Shown: positions 9,649 to 21,757, counted from the stretch's first letter. The stretch: DNA of 64,000 nucleotides from Methanomassiliicoccaceae archaeon (GCA_040776945.1 JAXGZN010000001.1:192001-256000); one strand, 5' to 3'. Notes: generated by a model from the letters alone, not told the origin. Numbers and translations are program-made.

Positions 9649-11643
9649 ATGCCCTCTACTACCGCGCATAAGCTGGCCAAAGGCCAGAAGGAGATCTCGG
9701 TGTCCGAGTTCTTCGAGAAGAACCGTCAGATCCTGGGCTTCGACTCTCCGGTCAAATCGCTCATCATGGGCGTCAAGGAGGCGGTGGACAACGCCCTCGA
9801 CGCCTGCGAGGAGGCCCAGATGTTACCTGAAATCGTGGTCAGGATCGACAAGATCGACCAGAAGGAGTACCGCGTCAGCGTGGAGGACAATGGTCCGGGG
9901 ATCGTGTCCACCTCCATGCCCAACGTTTTCGGCCGGCTTCTGTACGGCTCGAGGTTCCATGCGGTCAGGCAGTCCCGGGGTCAGCAGGGCATCGGAATCT
10001 CCGCGACCATCATGTACGGTCAGATCACCACCGGCAAGGCGGCCACAGCCCGCTCGAAGGTGGAAGGGGCGGAAGCGGCCAAGGAGATCGACATCATTAT
10101 AGACACAAAGAAGAACGCCCCCGTGCTGCTCAGGGAGGACTTCATACCTTGGAACGAGAAGGAGCATGGCACCCGGGTAGCGTTCTACATGAACGGACGC
10201 TATGTCACAGGCAAGCAGTCGGTGCTTGAATACCTGAGGCAAACGGCCATAGTGAACCCCCACGCCAGCATAACCTTTATCGACCCGGACGGCAGGCGGT
10301 ACAACTTTGAGCGGGCGACCGAGCAGATGCCGCCTCTTTCCAAGGAGATAAAACCGCACCCGGACGGCATCGAACTCGGTACGCTAATGAACATGATCAA
10401 AGCCACCAAGGAGAAGACACTGGTCAAGTTCCTGCAGAACGATTTCAACCGGATCTCGGAAAGGGTGGCCAAGGAGATCTGCGCGGCTGCGGCGCTGCCC
10501 GAGAGCACAAGGCCCTCAAACCTTACCCTGGAATCGTCCAAACAGCTGCTGGAGGGCATGGGAAAGGTCAAGATCATGGCGCCGCAGGTGGACTGCCTGT
10601 CGCCCATCGGAGGGAACCTCATCCGCAAGGGCCTTAAGCATGTCCTGATGGACATCAAGCCGGAATTCTACGCGCCGCCCATCAGCAGGGAGCCCAAGGT
10701 GCACACCGGAAATCCGTTCCTGATCGAGGTCGGCATAGTATATGGCGGGGACATGCCGTCAGACCAGCCGGTCCAGATATTGAGGTTCGCCAACCGCGTG
10801 CCCCTGTTGTACCAACAGGGAGCTTGCGTGATAACTAAGGCCATCGAGAGCACCGACTGGAGGCGCTACGGCCTGGAGCAAAGAGGGGGCTCGGGGATAC
10901 CGTTCGGCCCGGCCATCATCCTGGTGCATGTCGCCTCCACCAAGATACCTTTCACCTCCGAGGCCAAGGAGGCCATCGCCTCGGTCCCCGCGATCCAGGA
11001 GGAGATCGCCCTTGCGCTCAAGGCGTGTGGCCGCAGCCTGAAGACGCACCTGAACAAGAAGGAAAGGAAGACCAGGACGCGCTCCAAGTTCGAGATCGTC
11101 CAGATCATAATCCCGCTGATGGCCGAGAAGACCGCCAAGATCGTCGGCAAGCCCGTTCCGGACCTTAGGGGAACGCTCACGAAGATCATGAATGTGGTGT
11201 GGATCGATGATTCGGTAATTTATGAGAAGAAACGGCACCGGGTGAAGGTGCAGGTGTACAACTACACTCCCAAGCAACAGAGGTTCAAGGTGCACACCGT
11301 CCTGCCCAAGGGAGGCTTGGACCTGGCGTCGTGCAGCCTGAGGCCCTCGGAGATCAAGGATGACGAGAAGATCACCTGGGAGCTGCCTAAGATCGCCTCC
11401 ACGGCCCTGTACGAGATCAGCTTCGAGCTGAAGGGCCTGGACCAGGACGCCTTCTCCGAGACCGAACTGTATGTCTCTGGCATCAACCCGGTGGACGTGA
11501 TGGGCGCCGATCCGCTCCCCGGTGACTGGGACCTCGAAGGGGTGAACTTCACCGAGACCGAGGCGCCGGCAGCGGAGAAGGCCGAGGACGAGGAGGACGA
11601 GCCGGATTACGACGAGTCGGGAGAGGAGCTCAATGACGAATAA
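9649..11643 (+). CDS. top6B: DNA topoisomerase VI subunit B
   Basis: EISVSEFFEKN, EAVDNALDA, DNGPG, SRGQQGIG GHKL motifs and RFANRVPL. Confidence 0.97.
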   Translation: MPSTTAHKLAKGQKEISVSEFFEKNRQILGFDSPVKSLIMGVKEAVDNALDACEEAQMLPEIVVRIDKIDQKEYRVSVEDNGPGIVSTSMPNVFGRLLYGSRFHAVRQSRGQQGIGISATIMYGQITTGKAATARSKVEGAEAAKEIDIIIDTKKNAPVLLREDFIPWNEKEHGTRVAFYMNGRYVTGKQSVLEYLRQTAIVNPHASITFIDPDGRRYNFERATEQMPPLSKEIKPHPDGIELGTLMNMIKATKEKTLVKFLQNDFNRISERVAKEICAAAALPESTRPSNLTLESSKQLLEGMGKVKIMAPQVDCLSPIGGNLIRKGLKHVLMDIKPEFYAPPISREPKVHTGNPFLIEVGIVYGGDMPSDQPVQILRFANRVPLLYQQGACVITKAIESTDWRRYGLEQRGGSGIPFGPAIILVHVASTKIPFTSEAKEAIASVPAIQEEIALALKACGRSLKTHLNKKERKTRTRSKFEIVQIIIPLMAEKTAKIVGKPVPDLRGTLTKIMNVVWIDDSVIYEKKRHRVKVQVYNYTPKQQRFKVHTVLPKGGLDLASCSLRPSEIKDDEKITWELPKIASTALYEISFELKGLDQDAFSETELYVSGINPVDVMGADPLPGDWDLEGVNFTETEAPAAEKAEDEEDEPDYDESGEELNDE

Positions 11644-12736
11644 TGAACGCAACACCGAGGCCATAAAGCGGCTCTATTCCATCTCCGAGTCCATCTATGA
11701 GCAGTTGGACAAGGGACAGATACCCAAGATGGTCCTGCCCTTGAGGACCAAGGCCAACATCAAGTTCGATGCGCGCACCAACGTGTGGAAGTACGGCAGC
11801 CTGAGGGGAGCCCGCAGTGCCAAGAAGGTCAAGGGGGCCATGATGCTCCTGCGCACCTCGTACATGCTGGAGCTCATCCAAGAGATGATCGAGACCAACA
11901 AGTCCTCGACGCTCAGGGAAGCCTACTACATCTCTGAGGGTTGGGGGAAAGCGAAGTTCCATTCCCAGGACGAGTCGAACTTGCTGACCGAGGACCTTGA
12001 GATCGTGACCCAGTGCCTGCGCGAGGATTTCAAGCTCCGTCCGGAGGAGAACGGGGCGAGCATCATCGGCGACATAAACATCGTGGAGACGGACCGCAAG
12101 GGCCGCAAGAAGGCGGTCAACTGCCGCGACGACGTGGGCGACTCCGGGTACGGGATACCGTACAACGTGGAGAAGGAGAAGATCGAGATCAAGAACACCT
12201 CGGCGAGGTTCGTGGTGGCGGTGGAGACGGGAGGCATGTTCGACCGGCTGGTGGAGAACGGCTTCGATGAGGACCAGAACGCCATCCTGGTGCACCTCAA
12301 GGGGCAGCCGGCCCGCTCCACCCGGAGGTTCATCCGCCGGCTCAACGACGAACTGCGCCTGCCGGTCATCGTCTTCACCGACGGCGACCCCTGGTCGTTC
12401 CGCATCTATGCGTCGGTGGCATACGGGGCGATCAAGACCGCTCACCTGTCCGAGTACCTCGCTACGCCAACGGCGGAGTTCATCGGGATCACCGCCTCGG
12501 ACATCGAGAACTACGATCTGCCGACTGACAAGCTGACGGACATGGACACCCGGGCGCTCAACGCAGAGCTCAAGGACCCGAGGTTCAATACCGCCTTTTG
12601 GAAGGGAGAGATAGATCTCATGCTGAAGCTCGGCCGGAAGTCGGAGCAGCAGGCGTTGGCGAAATACGGCCTGAACTTCGTCACCGACACCTACCTGCCG
12701 GACAAGCTCAACGAGCTGGGCCTCCTGAAGAAATGA
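11633..12736 (+). CDS. top6A: DNA topoisomerase VI subunit A
   Basis: STLREAYY (catalytic Tyr), VETGGMF, KGQPAR and DGDPW TOPRIM motifs; overlaps top6B. Confidence 0.97.
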   Translation: MTNNERNTEAIKRLYSISESIYEQLDKGQIPKMVLPLRTKANIKFDARTNVWKYGSLRGARSAKKVKGAMMLLRTSYMLELIQEMIETNKSSTLREAYYISEGWGKAKFHSQDESNLLTEDLEIVTQCLREDFKLRPEENGASIIGDINIVETDRKGRKKAVNCRDDVGDSGYGIPYNVEKEKIEIKNTSARFVVAVETGGMFDRLVENGFDEDQNAILVHLKGQPARSTRRFIRRLNDELRLPVIVFTDGDPWSFRIYASVAYGAIKTAHLSEYLATPTAEFIGITASDIENYDLPTDKLTDMDTRALNAELKDPRFNTAFWKGEIDLMLKLGRKSEQQALAKYGLNFVTDTYLPDKLNELGLLKK

Positions 12737-13139
12737 GGTTGGCCGTCCTCTTTTTTCAATTTTCTCCCAACTCCATGATCAGGCATAGCCTCGGCCGAAT
12801 GTGATGACCGGTCTCAATGCCCTTCCGGGCCGATCCGTTCACAGCACATTGTCCATCTATGAAGGCAAAGGGCGTGTAAGTGGGGGGGGGCTGAAATGAC
12901 CCATGAAGGTGGAAGGGGCAGTGATCGCAGAGGGTCCGACCGCCACTGGAATGTTATTCTGCGGCCCTTTATGGCAAAGGAGGGTCCGTTGCTCCTGAAC
13001 GTCGGGGGCGCTTTCGCTGACGAGCTTTTTGCCGTAAGCTGACCAGCGATATCATTGGGGTCCATGAAATGCGCGCTTTTTTCCTGAACCATCGGGAGGG
13101 GATCGAATCGTTGGGACCGGTACAGCGATCGCCTGCGGC

Positions 13140-14684
13140 CTACTTTCCCGCTTCCCTGATCCGGCCGAGCACGAAGTCCCGGTCCAACGTCGAAAGGAAG
13201 AACCCGAGCCTCGGCCCTTGTTTCTGGTCGCAGAAGATGCGGTAAAGCGTCTGGAACCCTCCCCGGGCGCCGATGGCCGCACCCTTGGCGCAGCCGTACA
13301 TGGCATCGTGGATCCTCTCGCCCTTCCATTCCACCCCTTCCATAGCCGCCAAGAGGTCGCGCAGGAAGGTCTTCTCCTGCTCCGTGAGCTCGCATGCAGG
13401 CATTGCCTCACACACCGCGAACTTGACCTCGTTGGGAGCGAAGGAGTCGAGCCAGTAGCGGACACAGTCGACCCTCTGCTTCAAGATGCCCATGTCCTCA
13501 GGGGAGACGGAGTCGTCGATGGCGCCCATGCGCCTGAGAACGGAGAGCACGCCGTCGAAGCCGTCGGTGATCTGCACCAGCGATACCAGGTGACGGTACG
13601 GTACCTGCAGTGGCAGCTTGGAGCGCGGACCTTCGGGCTGCGACAGCTCGTACCCGCGCAGCAGGTCCCTGTCCCTCTCCTCGCATCCCCCGCAGTAGTA
13701 CATGTTCTCCACACGGTCGTACTCATCGACCATGTCCAATATGCCCAACCCGGCGTCGTAGTCGATGTGGCGGTTGGGGTTCACCCGGAGCACGATGTAG
13801 TTCATCACCGAGGCCGGGGTGATCCTAAGGGCATCAACGCCGGTGACCGAGGAGCCAGTGGACTTGTGCATCTGTCCCTTGCCCTTCAGCTGCACGAACT
13901 CGTAGGGAATGGGGTGCGGGGGATCTATGCCGAAGACCTCTCTGGCCAGCCTCACCCCGGTATCATAGGACCCGCCGGCCGCGGCATGGTCTTTACCGAA
14001 CGGCTCGCAGGTGACGCCGAAGACCTTCCACTTGGCGGCCCACTCCACCCGCCAGGGCATCTTGCCGTCCGCCCTCCTGATGTCCGCTCTGCCATGATGG
14101 CCGCAGGCGCAGGTGTACGACACGTACGGGAACTCGTACCCCTCGACCTTGGCGTGGGTGAGCCGCCCGCACTCGGAGCAGCGCGGCGAGTAAGGATAGA
14201 AGCCCTTGGGAACGTCCCGGCCGGAGACCTCCTTGAGGATCTGCGTTACAAGGTCCTTCTTTGTGATGGCCATGTCGATGACCTCGGCGAACTTGCCCTG
14301 CTCATATTGCTCGTGGGTCCACAGCACGTCGCAATGGATGCCAAGTTCCTTGATGGAGTCCAGGAACGGCTGGATGTAATGCTGGGCGTAGTTCTTGTGC
14401 TCACCGCAGGGACATGGAATGTATGCCAGCGCCCGTCCGACCTCGGCCTCAAAGCTCTCCGGCAGGAAGGGATACCGCTTGCGAAGGGGATCGAAGGAAT
14501 CGACCAGATAGATCATGCGGACGTTCGCTCCCAGCTTGGCGACCGCCTTCCTTACTGCCTCAGCGGTTATGGCCTCCCTCAAAGTACCGACATGCAAGGT
14601 GCCGGATGGGGTGATGCCGGTATTGATGAGATGTATGCTGCCCTTTTGCAGCAGGGTATTGGCCTCTACGTCTGCCCAGTGCAT
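13140..14684 (-). CDS. lysS: Lysyl-tRNA synthetase, class I
   Basis: MHWAD, GITPSGTLHVG, EPFGKDH, QMHKSTG and GPRLG motifs. Confidence 0.96.
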   Translation of the reverse strand: MHWADVEANTLLQKGSIHLINTGITPSGTLHVGTLREAITAEAVRKAVAKLGANVRMIYLVDSFDPLRKRYPFLPESFEAEVGRALAYIPCPCGEHKNYAQHYIQPFLDSIKELGIHCDVLWTHEQYEQGKFAEVIDMAITKKDLVTQILKEVSGRDVPKGFYPYSPRCSECGRLTHAKVEGYEFPYVSYTCACGHHGRADIRRADGKMPWRVEWAAKWKVFGVTCEPFGKDHAAAGGSYDTGVRLAREVFGIDPPHPIPYEFVQLKGKGQMHKSTGSSVTGVDALRITPASVMNYIVLRVNPNRHIDYDAGLGILDMVDEYDRVENMYYCGGCEERDRDLLRGYELSQPEGPRSKLPLQVPYRHLVSLVQITDGFDGVLSVLRRMGAIDDSVSPEDMGILKQRVDCVRYWLDSFAPNEVKFAVCEAMPACELTEQEKTFLRDLLAAMEGVEWKGERIHDAMYGCAKGAAIGARGGFQTLYRIFCDQKQGPRLGFFLSTLDRDFVLGRIREAGK

Positions 14685-14819
14685 GATATCGACCATTCGC
14701 GAAAACAAAGCACCATAATTAAACTATCTCGCCGTCGCCGCAACGAGATCAAGTCACGTTGAAATATCGAACGAGCTAGAGAAAATGGGATATGCATGAA
14801 GGGACCATAATAAGTATTT

Positions 14820-15176
14820 ATGTCGACCTTGCCAATGATCAGGAACATCGCGGTCGAGAGAGCCAGGGAGCTTCAGGAACATTGTCCTGAGGCTCAGGTC
14901 ACCCATGAGCTGTTGGAGGACCGCGCCATAATATCGGTCCGCCTTCACGACAGGATTTTGGAGACCGATTTCATCGAGTCACGCCGCTCGATATCGCATC
15001 CGCGAAGGAGCAATGAATACTACGACGTGCTGGCGCAGGGCATCAAGCTTGGGATCCTGGTGCCCCGCAGGGACGTGGAAGGAGAGAAGGTAAAAATGAA
15101 GAGAGTGAAAGGCCCGGACCGCCTTGTGGTCATCGGGTACGATGAGGAGTTCGGCTATCGTCCTGCGATCATCTAG
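14820..15176 (+). CDS. Hypothetical protein
   Basis: Clean 118-aa ORF divergent from lysS, typical codon usage, AT-rich upstream sequence. Confidence 0.6.
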   Translation: MSTLPMIRNIAVERARELQEHCPEAQVTHELLEDRAIISVRLHDRILETDFIESRRSISHPRRSNEYYDVLAQGIKLGILVPRRDVEGEKVKMKRVKGPDRLVVIGYDEEFGYRPAII

Positions 15177-15227
15177 GCCGTACCTCAAAATATTTAATAT
15201 CCGGAGCGTTTCTGGAGGTTTGAGCAT

Positions 15228-15398
15228 ATGCCTCCGAAGAGCAAGAAGAACACGGGGTTCCAGTCTGCCGCCGGCCTTATCCGCTATTTTGACAACGAGG
15301 CCGAGAAAGGGCCGGTGCTGAAGCCCTGGTACGTCGTTGGCGGGATCGTCGCCATCGTGGTCATAGTATCCCTGGCCAAGGTCATCTGGCCGATGTGA
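15228..15398 (+). CDS. secG: Preprotein translocase subunit Sec61beta/SecG
   Basis: Manual translation MPPKSKKNTGFQSAAGLIRYFDNEAEKGPVLKPWYVVGGIVAIVVIVSLAKVIWPM; SAAGL.RYF motif plus one TM; GGAGG upstream. Below the ORF-track cutoff. Confidence 0.9.
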   Translation: MPPKSKKNTGFQSAAGLIRYFDNEAEKGPVLKPWYVVGGIVAIVVIVSLAKVIWPM

Positions 15399-15546
15399 TC
15401 GCTCCACCGTCCCAGCGGCCCAAGCCCTTTGCCTATAAACCGAATTATCTGCAGTTCATGCTTGCAGGCCGGCCGGTCCACGGTCAGCTACCGGCTTGGA
15501 AATCATTAAATCGGAGGTTCATGGTCCCAGGTCGAGTGAACATCAT

Positions 15547-16077
15547 ATGACCATGTGGAAAGAACTGCCGGTAGGGAGAGATCCACCTAACATCATCAAC
15601 GTCATAGTGGAGACCCCGAAGGGCAGCAAGAACAAATATGAAGTGTCCAAAGACTATGACGCGATCGTGCTGGACAGGGTCCTGCACTCCAGCGTGGTGT
15701 TCCCACTCGAGTATGGAATGGTCCCTCGGACCTTCTATGAGGACGGTGACGCCATTGACGCCATGGTCGTAATGTCGGAGCCCACTTTCACTGGGTGCAT
15801 CGTGGAGGCCCGGCCCATAGGGGTCCTGCGCATGAGGGACGAAAAGGGCGCGGACGATAAGGTGTTGTGCGCCGCGACCAGGGACCCTCGGAACCGTGAG
15901 TATCATGATCTGAGCGACCTTCCCACCCACTACCTGGAAGAGATCGCGGAGTTCTTCCGGACATATAAGCGCCTTGAGGAGGGGAAGAACACCGAGGTCC
16001 TAGGATGGGAGGGCAAGAGGTCCGGTCTCGAGTGCATTCTCAACGGGATGGAACTTTTCAAGAAGAGCTTCGAGTAA
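15547..16077 (+). CDS. ppa: Inorganic pyrophosphatase
   Basis: ETPKGSKNKYE, LDRVL, YGMVPRT..EDGDAIDA and DDKVL motifs. Confidence 0.95.
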   Translation: MTMWKELPVGRDPPNIINVIVETPKGSKNKYEVSKDYDAIVLDRVLHSSVVFPLEYGMVPRTFYEDGDAIDAMVVMSEPTFTGCIVEARPIGVLRMRDEKGADDKVLCAATRDPRNREYHDLSDLPTHYLEEIAEFFRTYKRLEEGKNTEVLGWEGKRSGLECILNGMELFKKSFE

Positions 16078-16099
16078 AAGGAACGGGGGTCGGACCCCC

Positions 16100-16768
16100 T
16101 TACTTCTCATCCCCCCGGCGCTCGACCCTGTAGGTCTCCTTCCTGATCTCAGTCGCTCCCTTGCGTGCGGGCTCAGACATCGAGGGATCTGCACCATGGC
16201 GGCCTTCCCTGCCTGCCCGGCCCTCATGGCCTTTTTGCCCTTTATGCCCCTCGAGCCCCTTCTTGAGACCTGAGCCGATCTCCTTTGTGACGGAGACCGT
16301 TTTACGGATTGCCCGCCCTATCGCCTCTCCGGCACGGCCAGCGATGTCTTCGACCTTCTGGCCGCTCCCCGTTGCCTTGGCCTGTCCAGCCGGCCTGATT
16401 CCGCCTTCCCTGCTGACGTTCTCGCCGGTGGTGATATGTTCGCCTTCATATGCCGGTCTGCCACCTCCGCCGGCTCCGTATTGTCCAGTTTCTGTGGGCG
16501 GCCGAGGCGCGCCCTCTTTGCCCCACATGGCCATCTGGGCCTGCCGGGTCTCCCCCAGGCCGCTATGGGTCCCCTCTCTGGCGAACCCTTGGATCGTTTT
16601 CTCCTGGGGGGTTAGCTGGGGGGCCTCTCTGGTCTCGCCTCCCCGGGAAAGCTGGACCCGTTCCATCTCGAGCTGGGCCCTCATATCCTCGCCACCCTCT
16701 CTCATCATGCGGACACGGTCCTCGTCCTCCAGCTTCCTCCTGATCTCCGCTTGCTTTTGCTCATTCAT
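16100..16768 (-). CDS. Hydrophilic Gly/Glu/Arg-rich protein (LEA/general-stress-like)
   Basis: Low-complexity charged sequence; GAGG-containing upstream sequence before MNEQKQ. Confidence 0.6.
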   Translation of the reverse strand: MNEQKQAEIRRKLEDEDRVRMMREGGEDMRAQLEMERVQLSRGGETREAPQLTPQEKTIQGFAREGTHSGLGETRQAQMAMWGKEGAPRPPTETGQYGAGGGGRPAYEGEHITTGENVSREGGIRPAGQAKATGSGQKVEDIAGRAGEAIGRAIRKTVSVTKEIGSGLKKGLEGHKGQKGHEGRAGREGRHGADPSMSEPARKGATEIRKETYRVERRGDEK

Positions 16769-17025
16769 GGATGTACCTCTCTTCCGTGATCTTTGCCCTA
16801 GCCTGTGCGTCCCGGCCCGGGGCCGGTTCACCCGACTCTGGAAGATCATCGGCCCGCACTGCCCTGACAACGTAGCTTTTTGGAGCCTACAATATAAACA
16901 ATTTACTGCTATCGCATTAGATATTGCTCAGCCCAGACAAAACAAAATTGATAATAACATATTATAAAATAAATTATATTGCATTGGAATCTTCAATAGG
17001 GCAGGCATCGCCAGGTCAGGGGGCC

Positions 17026-17826
17026 CTAGAACATCTCCAGGGTGCCTTTGCGGCGGGATAGGTGCTCGAACATCAGCATCATGAGGTAGCCGATAAGGAT
17101 GGCAGCCGTCATTACGATCAGCTCTGAGCCGAGAAGACCGCTCACGTCAGCCAGGCTGGCCCCGTCGACCGCCATACGGGCCGCGTCGGTGGCGTAGGTG
17201 ATCGGGAAGATGTACGACACCGGCTGCAGGTACTCCGGAAGCATGCTCACCGGGAAGTTGACCCCGCAGAACAGCAGGCCCAGGAACAGGAATATGTTGG
17301 CCACAACCATAGATGTCCTCAGGTAGAAGCCCAGAGACGATAGCATCAGCCCGAAGCCAACGGTGGCGAAGGCGGTGACCAGGACGACCACGCCCAAGGT
17401 CAGGAAGTCGGCCCTAGAGAAGTCCACGCCGAACACCGCCGCAGCGTAGAACAGCCCTATGGCCACCGTGGCCATGCTGTTCACCACTTGGAACATGGCC
17501 CTGCCTACGAAAAGTGAGAACCTGTTGGCCGGCGTGACCAATATTCCCGGCAGCGTTCCGGCCTCCTTCTCCTCGGTGGTTACGTTGGTGACAGCGAAGA
17601 TGGCCACATATGCGATGCTCTGGATGGCGTTCCCGACCGCGACGTAGGCTACACTGGCCTGAGGATTGCCCACATACATCGATATGTACACGAAGAAGGC
17701 CATCTGGAACAGGGACATGGTGAACATCTGCATGAGCCACAGTCCCGGCGATAACCATGCGAAGAGCGCTTTCTTGGCTATGACCGCCGAGGACCAGAAG
17801 ACCCTGGCCGATCTAATGATGTTCAT
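17026..17826 (-). CDS. ABC-2 type exporter permease
   Basis: About 6 TMs, EKEAGTL..L.TP and G..FP...LP motifs. Confidence 0.88.
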   Translation of the reverse strand: MNIIRSARVFWSSAVIAKKALFAWLSPGLWLMQMFTMSLFQMAFFVYISMYVGNPQASVAYVAVGNAIQSIAYVAIFAVTNVTTEEKEAGTLPGILVTPANRFSLFVGRAMFQVVNSMATVAIGLFYAAAVFGVDFSRADFLTLGVVVLVTAFATVGFGLMLSSLGFYLRTSMVVANIFLFLGLLFCGVNFPVSMLPEYLQPVSYIFPITYATDAARMAVDGASLADVSGLLGSELIVMTAAILIGYLMMLMFEHLSRRKGTLEMF

Positions 17827-17827
17827 T

Positions 17828-18635
17828 TCAGATCCTCCCCAGATTGCCGTCGATCCTGGCCCGGCGGTCCACGACCCTGAAGAGGTTGAAGGCGATGACC
17901 AGGTAGGCTAGGGCCATGATGATGACCACGGCTATGTCCACCATGAACGCGGAACCGGGGTCCAGGGTTCCAACGAACCCGTCCCAGAGGCCCTGTGGGT
18001 TGTATCCGGCGGCGATGCGGATGGCATCGATGCCCCACGAGGGGGCGAGCGACAGCGACAGCGGGCCGGCCCAGAACGGAAGGATGGCGATCGGGTACAT
18101 GCACCCGGTGGCCACATAGATGGGGAACTCCAGACCGTTGGTCAGCACGCCCGCCTGGCGGGTGAGGACGAAGGCAGAGCTGAACACCAGGCCCAGGGCG
18201 GCCAGGGACAGCAAGGTGATGAGGAACGCAAGCAAGAACATCGGCAGATCGGCAACGGTCACCGGAGCATGGAGGACGAACACCGCGACGACCAGGATGG
18301 CGACGCCGTTAACTATACCGATCAAGGCGTTCCATATGGTCCTCCCGGCGATGATCCATATAAGCGGCGTGGGCACGGCTAGGATCGACTCCAGAGTGCC
18401 CCACCATCTCTCCGACTGTATAGAATAACCAGATGCGTACAGCGTGTTTCCCCACATCCCCATCATGCCCCCGCCCAGAACGGCGTACATGACGATCGGG
18501 CCCTCGTTGCTGCTGTACAGCATCAGCGCCACCAGGGTTATGACGAAGGGCAATATGATGTTGGGGATCAGCCATCCCGGGTCGGACAGGAAATGCCTGG
18601 CCTGGTGCTCGAAGGCCGCCTTCACCGCCCGCATC

Positions 18636-18643
<8 letters not shown>
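17828..18643 (-). CDS. ABC-2 type exporter permease
   Basis: About 6 TMs, ERWWGTLE..L..P and G..YP motifs. Confidence 0.88.
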
Positions 18644-19610
<967 letters not shown>

Positions 19611-19792
19611 GGCCTGGCCGGCGACGCTTTGTTGTTATTAAACGATATCGCAGGTGGCATCTTGTCGAGACGCGGCGATCGCCGAGGCCGTTCGGACCAC
19701 CGGTCATCAAGGATAGCCGTTCATGGTCCCATTTCCGGGTAAGATGCGAGGTTATCGCAGTTTATATAGGTCCGGGTGAAATATTCGAAAGC

Positions 19793-20125
19793 ATGGCTGA
19801 ACTTCTCGACATCACGGTAGGTTTCATTATCGCACTGATCGTCAGCTCGATCATAATCTGGTTCGTGGCAAAGATCACTGGGGAGAAGGAGGGCATCGGG
19901 ACCGCGTTTCTGGCCGCGTTGGTCGGTGCGATCATATACGCCATTGTATACTTTCTGCTGGGCAACGGACTACTTGCAGCGATCGTAGGAGGCATCATAT
20001 GGCTGCTAGCGCTGAAGGCGCTTTACAAGATCGGATGGCTCAAGGCCCTGCTCATCGCTATCCTCATCTGGATAATCACCGCGATCGTTGGGATCTTCCT
20101 CCCTACGCTAGCCGGCCCTTTGTAG
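19793..20125 (+). CDS. Small multi-pass membrane protein
   Basis: Four hydrophobic helices; TTTATATA about 30 nt upstream of ATG 19793. Confidence 0.8.
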   Translation: MAELLDITVGFIIALIVSSIIIWFVAKITGEKEGIGTAFLAALVGAIIYAIVYFLLGNGLLAAIVGGIIWLLALKALYKIGWLKALLIAILIWIITAIVGIFLPTLAGPL

Positions 20126-20214
20126 ATGGGCCCTGGGAACCACATAGGGCCTGCAGGGGCCCTTCCTCACATCGATGACCGGGCCTGAGGAACGTCGTGC
20201 CCGGAGCGTTTCGT

Positions 20215-20763
20215 TCAAAGCGATCTTCCCACTGACCTGGCCTCCTCCATGAGGTCCTTACGGTTTCGAGCTGCCGAGGGATCGTTCCCGGCCACCATGT
20301 GGATCCCCCCGACCTTAAGGAAGCCGTAGGTCGTCAGGAGCTTGTCGAAGTCCGTCAGGACGTTATTGAACGCCTGAACGTCCGGATTCCCCTGGCTGGT
20401 GATGACCACTGCCTTCTTTCCCTTAGGCAGCTTCACCGTGAAATCGGGGTTGAGGAACATATACAGCCGGTCGATGAACGTCCGGAACTGGCTGGTGAAC
20501 TCCCAGTAGTAGAGGGGGGACCCAAACACCACGGCGTCCGCCGTCTTCATCGATTCCATCAAGCGTGAGATATCATCATCCTGGTGGCAGCGGTCATGGG
20601 TCTTACAATACATGCAGGCTTGGCACCCTTTGCCATCCATCTGGTTGAGATAGTAGGTCTCGACCTGGTATCCGTTCTCCGATGCGGCGCTCAAAACCTC
20701 TCTGACCAAAGTGTCAGTGTTGCCGTCCTTGCGGGGGCTTGCTATGATGCCTATGGCCTTCAT
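20215..20763 (-). CDS. Iron-sulfur flavoprotein (Isf / NADPH-dependent FMN reductase family)
   Basis: SPRKDGNT, CQACMYC-x5-C cluster motif, GSPLY. Confidence 0.9.
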   Translation of the reverse strand: MKAIGIIASPRKDGNTDTLVREVLSAASENGYQVETYYLNQMDGKGCQACMYCKTHDRCHQDDDISRLMESMKTADAVVFGSPLYYWEFTSQFRTFIDRLYMFLNPDFTVKLPKGKKAVVITSQGNPDVQAFNNVLTDFDKLLTTYGFLKVGGIHMVAGNDPSAARNRKDLMEEARSVGRSL

Positions 20764-20941
20764 TCCGATCGTTCCCGAAAGGTTCTCTCCATTACATTAA
20801 TGACCGCCTCGGGTCCGCCGTCATGAGACGCAGGGAAGAGCACCTTCAGCCGGTTCTTACAAGGCGATGACGCATCGATCTGCGGTGATAGCTTTAATTT
20901 CCAGAAAACGATAATGCTTGTGCAGGGAGGATAGGAGCGAA

Positions 20942-21406
20942 ATGAGGGTTCTGATGGTCTACGACACAGTCTCTGATGCTAAGGTCACCGGGCAGGTCGC
21001 TGAAACTATCGTTGCGGCGATGAGGGAGGCCTCCATGCAGGTAGAGGCATACCTGACGGAGGACGCGGACAAAGCCAGCATAAAGGACTTTGACTGCCTA
21101 GTGGTAGGGGCCCCTACCATGGCATGGAGGCCATCGAAGCGAATGAAGGCCTATTTGACAGGTCTCGCGGCGAACGATCACACGGGTAAAAAGGCCGCAG
21201 CCTTTGACACTCAAATAAGATCGAGCGTCAGCGGTAATGCCACCAAGCACATGGAAAGAAGCCTGACCGCCATGGGCTTCAAGATAGTCGCTCCTGCCCT
21301 GATCGCATATGTCGAGAGCAAGGACCATGCGTACCGCCTCAAGAACGGGGAGATGGAAAAAGCGAGGAACTGGGGAAAGGAGCTGGCCCGGATCTTGACG
21401 AAATAG
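20942..21406 (+). CDS. Flavodoxin-like protein
   Basis: VYDT...T..VA, VVGAPT and AAAFDT motifs. Confidence 0.85.
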   Translation: MRVLMVYDTVSDAKVTGQVAETIVAAMREASMQVEAYLTEDADKASIKDFDCLVVGAPTMAWRPSKRMKAYLTGLAANDHTGKKAAAFDTQIRSSVSGNATKHMERSLTAMGFKIVAPALIAYVESKDHAYRLKNGEMEKARNWGKELARILTK

Positions 21407-21757
21407 GGTTTTCTGAATGGTCTGAACGGAACAGGCTGATGGGCGCCTGCAGCAATGGAGGCCATTGATCCCTAGGGCTTCCGGAGCTGACCGTGGACCC
21501 GACCGCCATGCTCACCTGATCGGATGCTTCGGTCAAGCCGCTCGAAGCTCACACGGCTACCGGGCACTTATAAAAGGTCGCAAGAACCGCCTCCCCATTG
21601 CCCGTTGACGACAGCCGGAACCTCCGCTTGGCCATGATCGTGCGCAATGTTCCAACATCCATCGGGATGCATTGCCCTTGGCCAGCCAGGTAAGGAAATC
21701 AAGGGGCGGTGGGGGCGCTATCGCTAAATACGGCAAGTGTAGAAAGCAAGGTGATGG

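Noticed and set aside
12740-13140. ORF or C/D sRNA between top6A and lysS
   Set aside because: GTGATGA and CTGA are present but widely spaced with no terminal stem; the ORFs are shadow-like.
3330-14762. Long antisense ORFs (e.g. 3330-4520, 10759-11664, 13218-14762; similarly 40540-41796 and 47416-48852)
   Set aside because: They are shadows of well-supported genes in GC-rich DNA, with no motifs.
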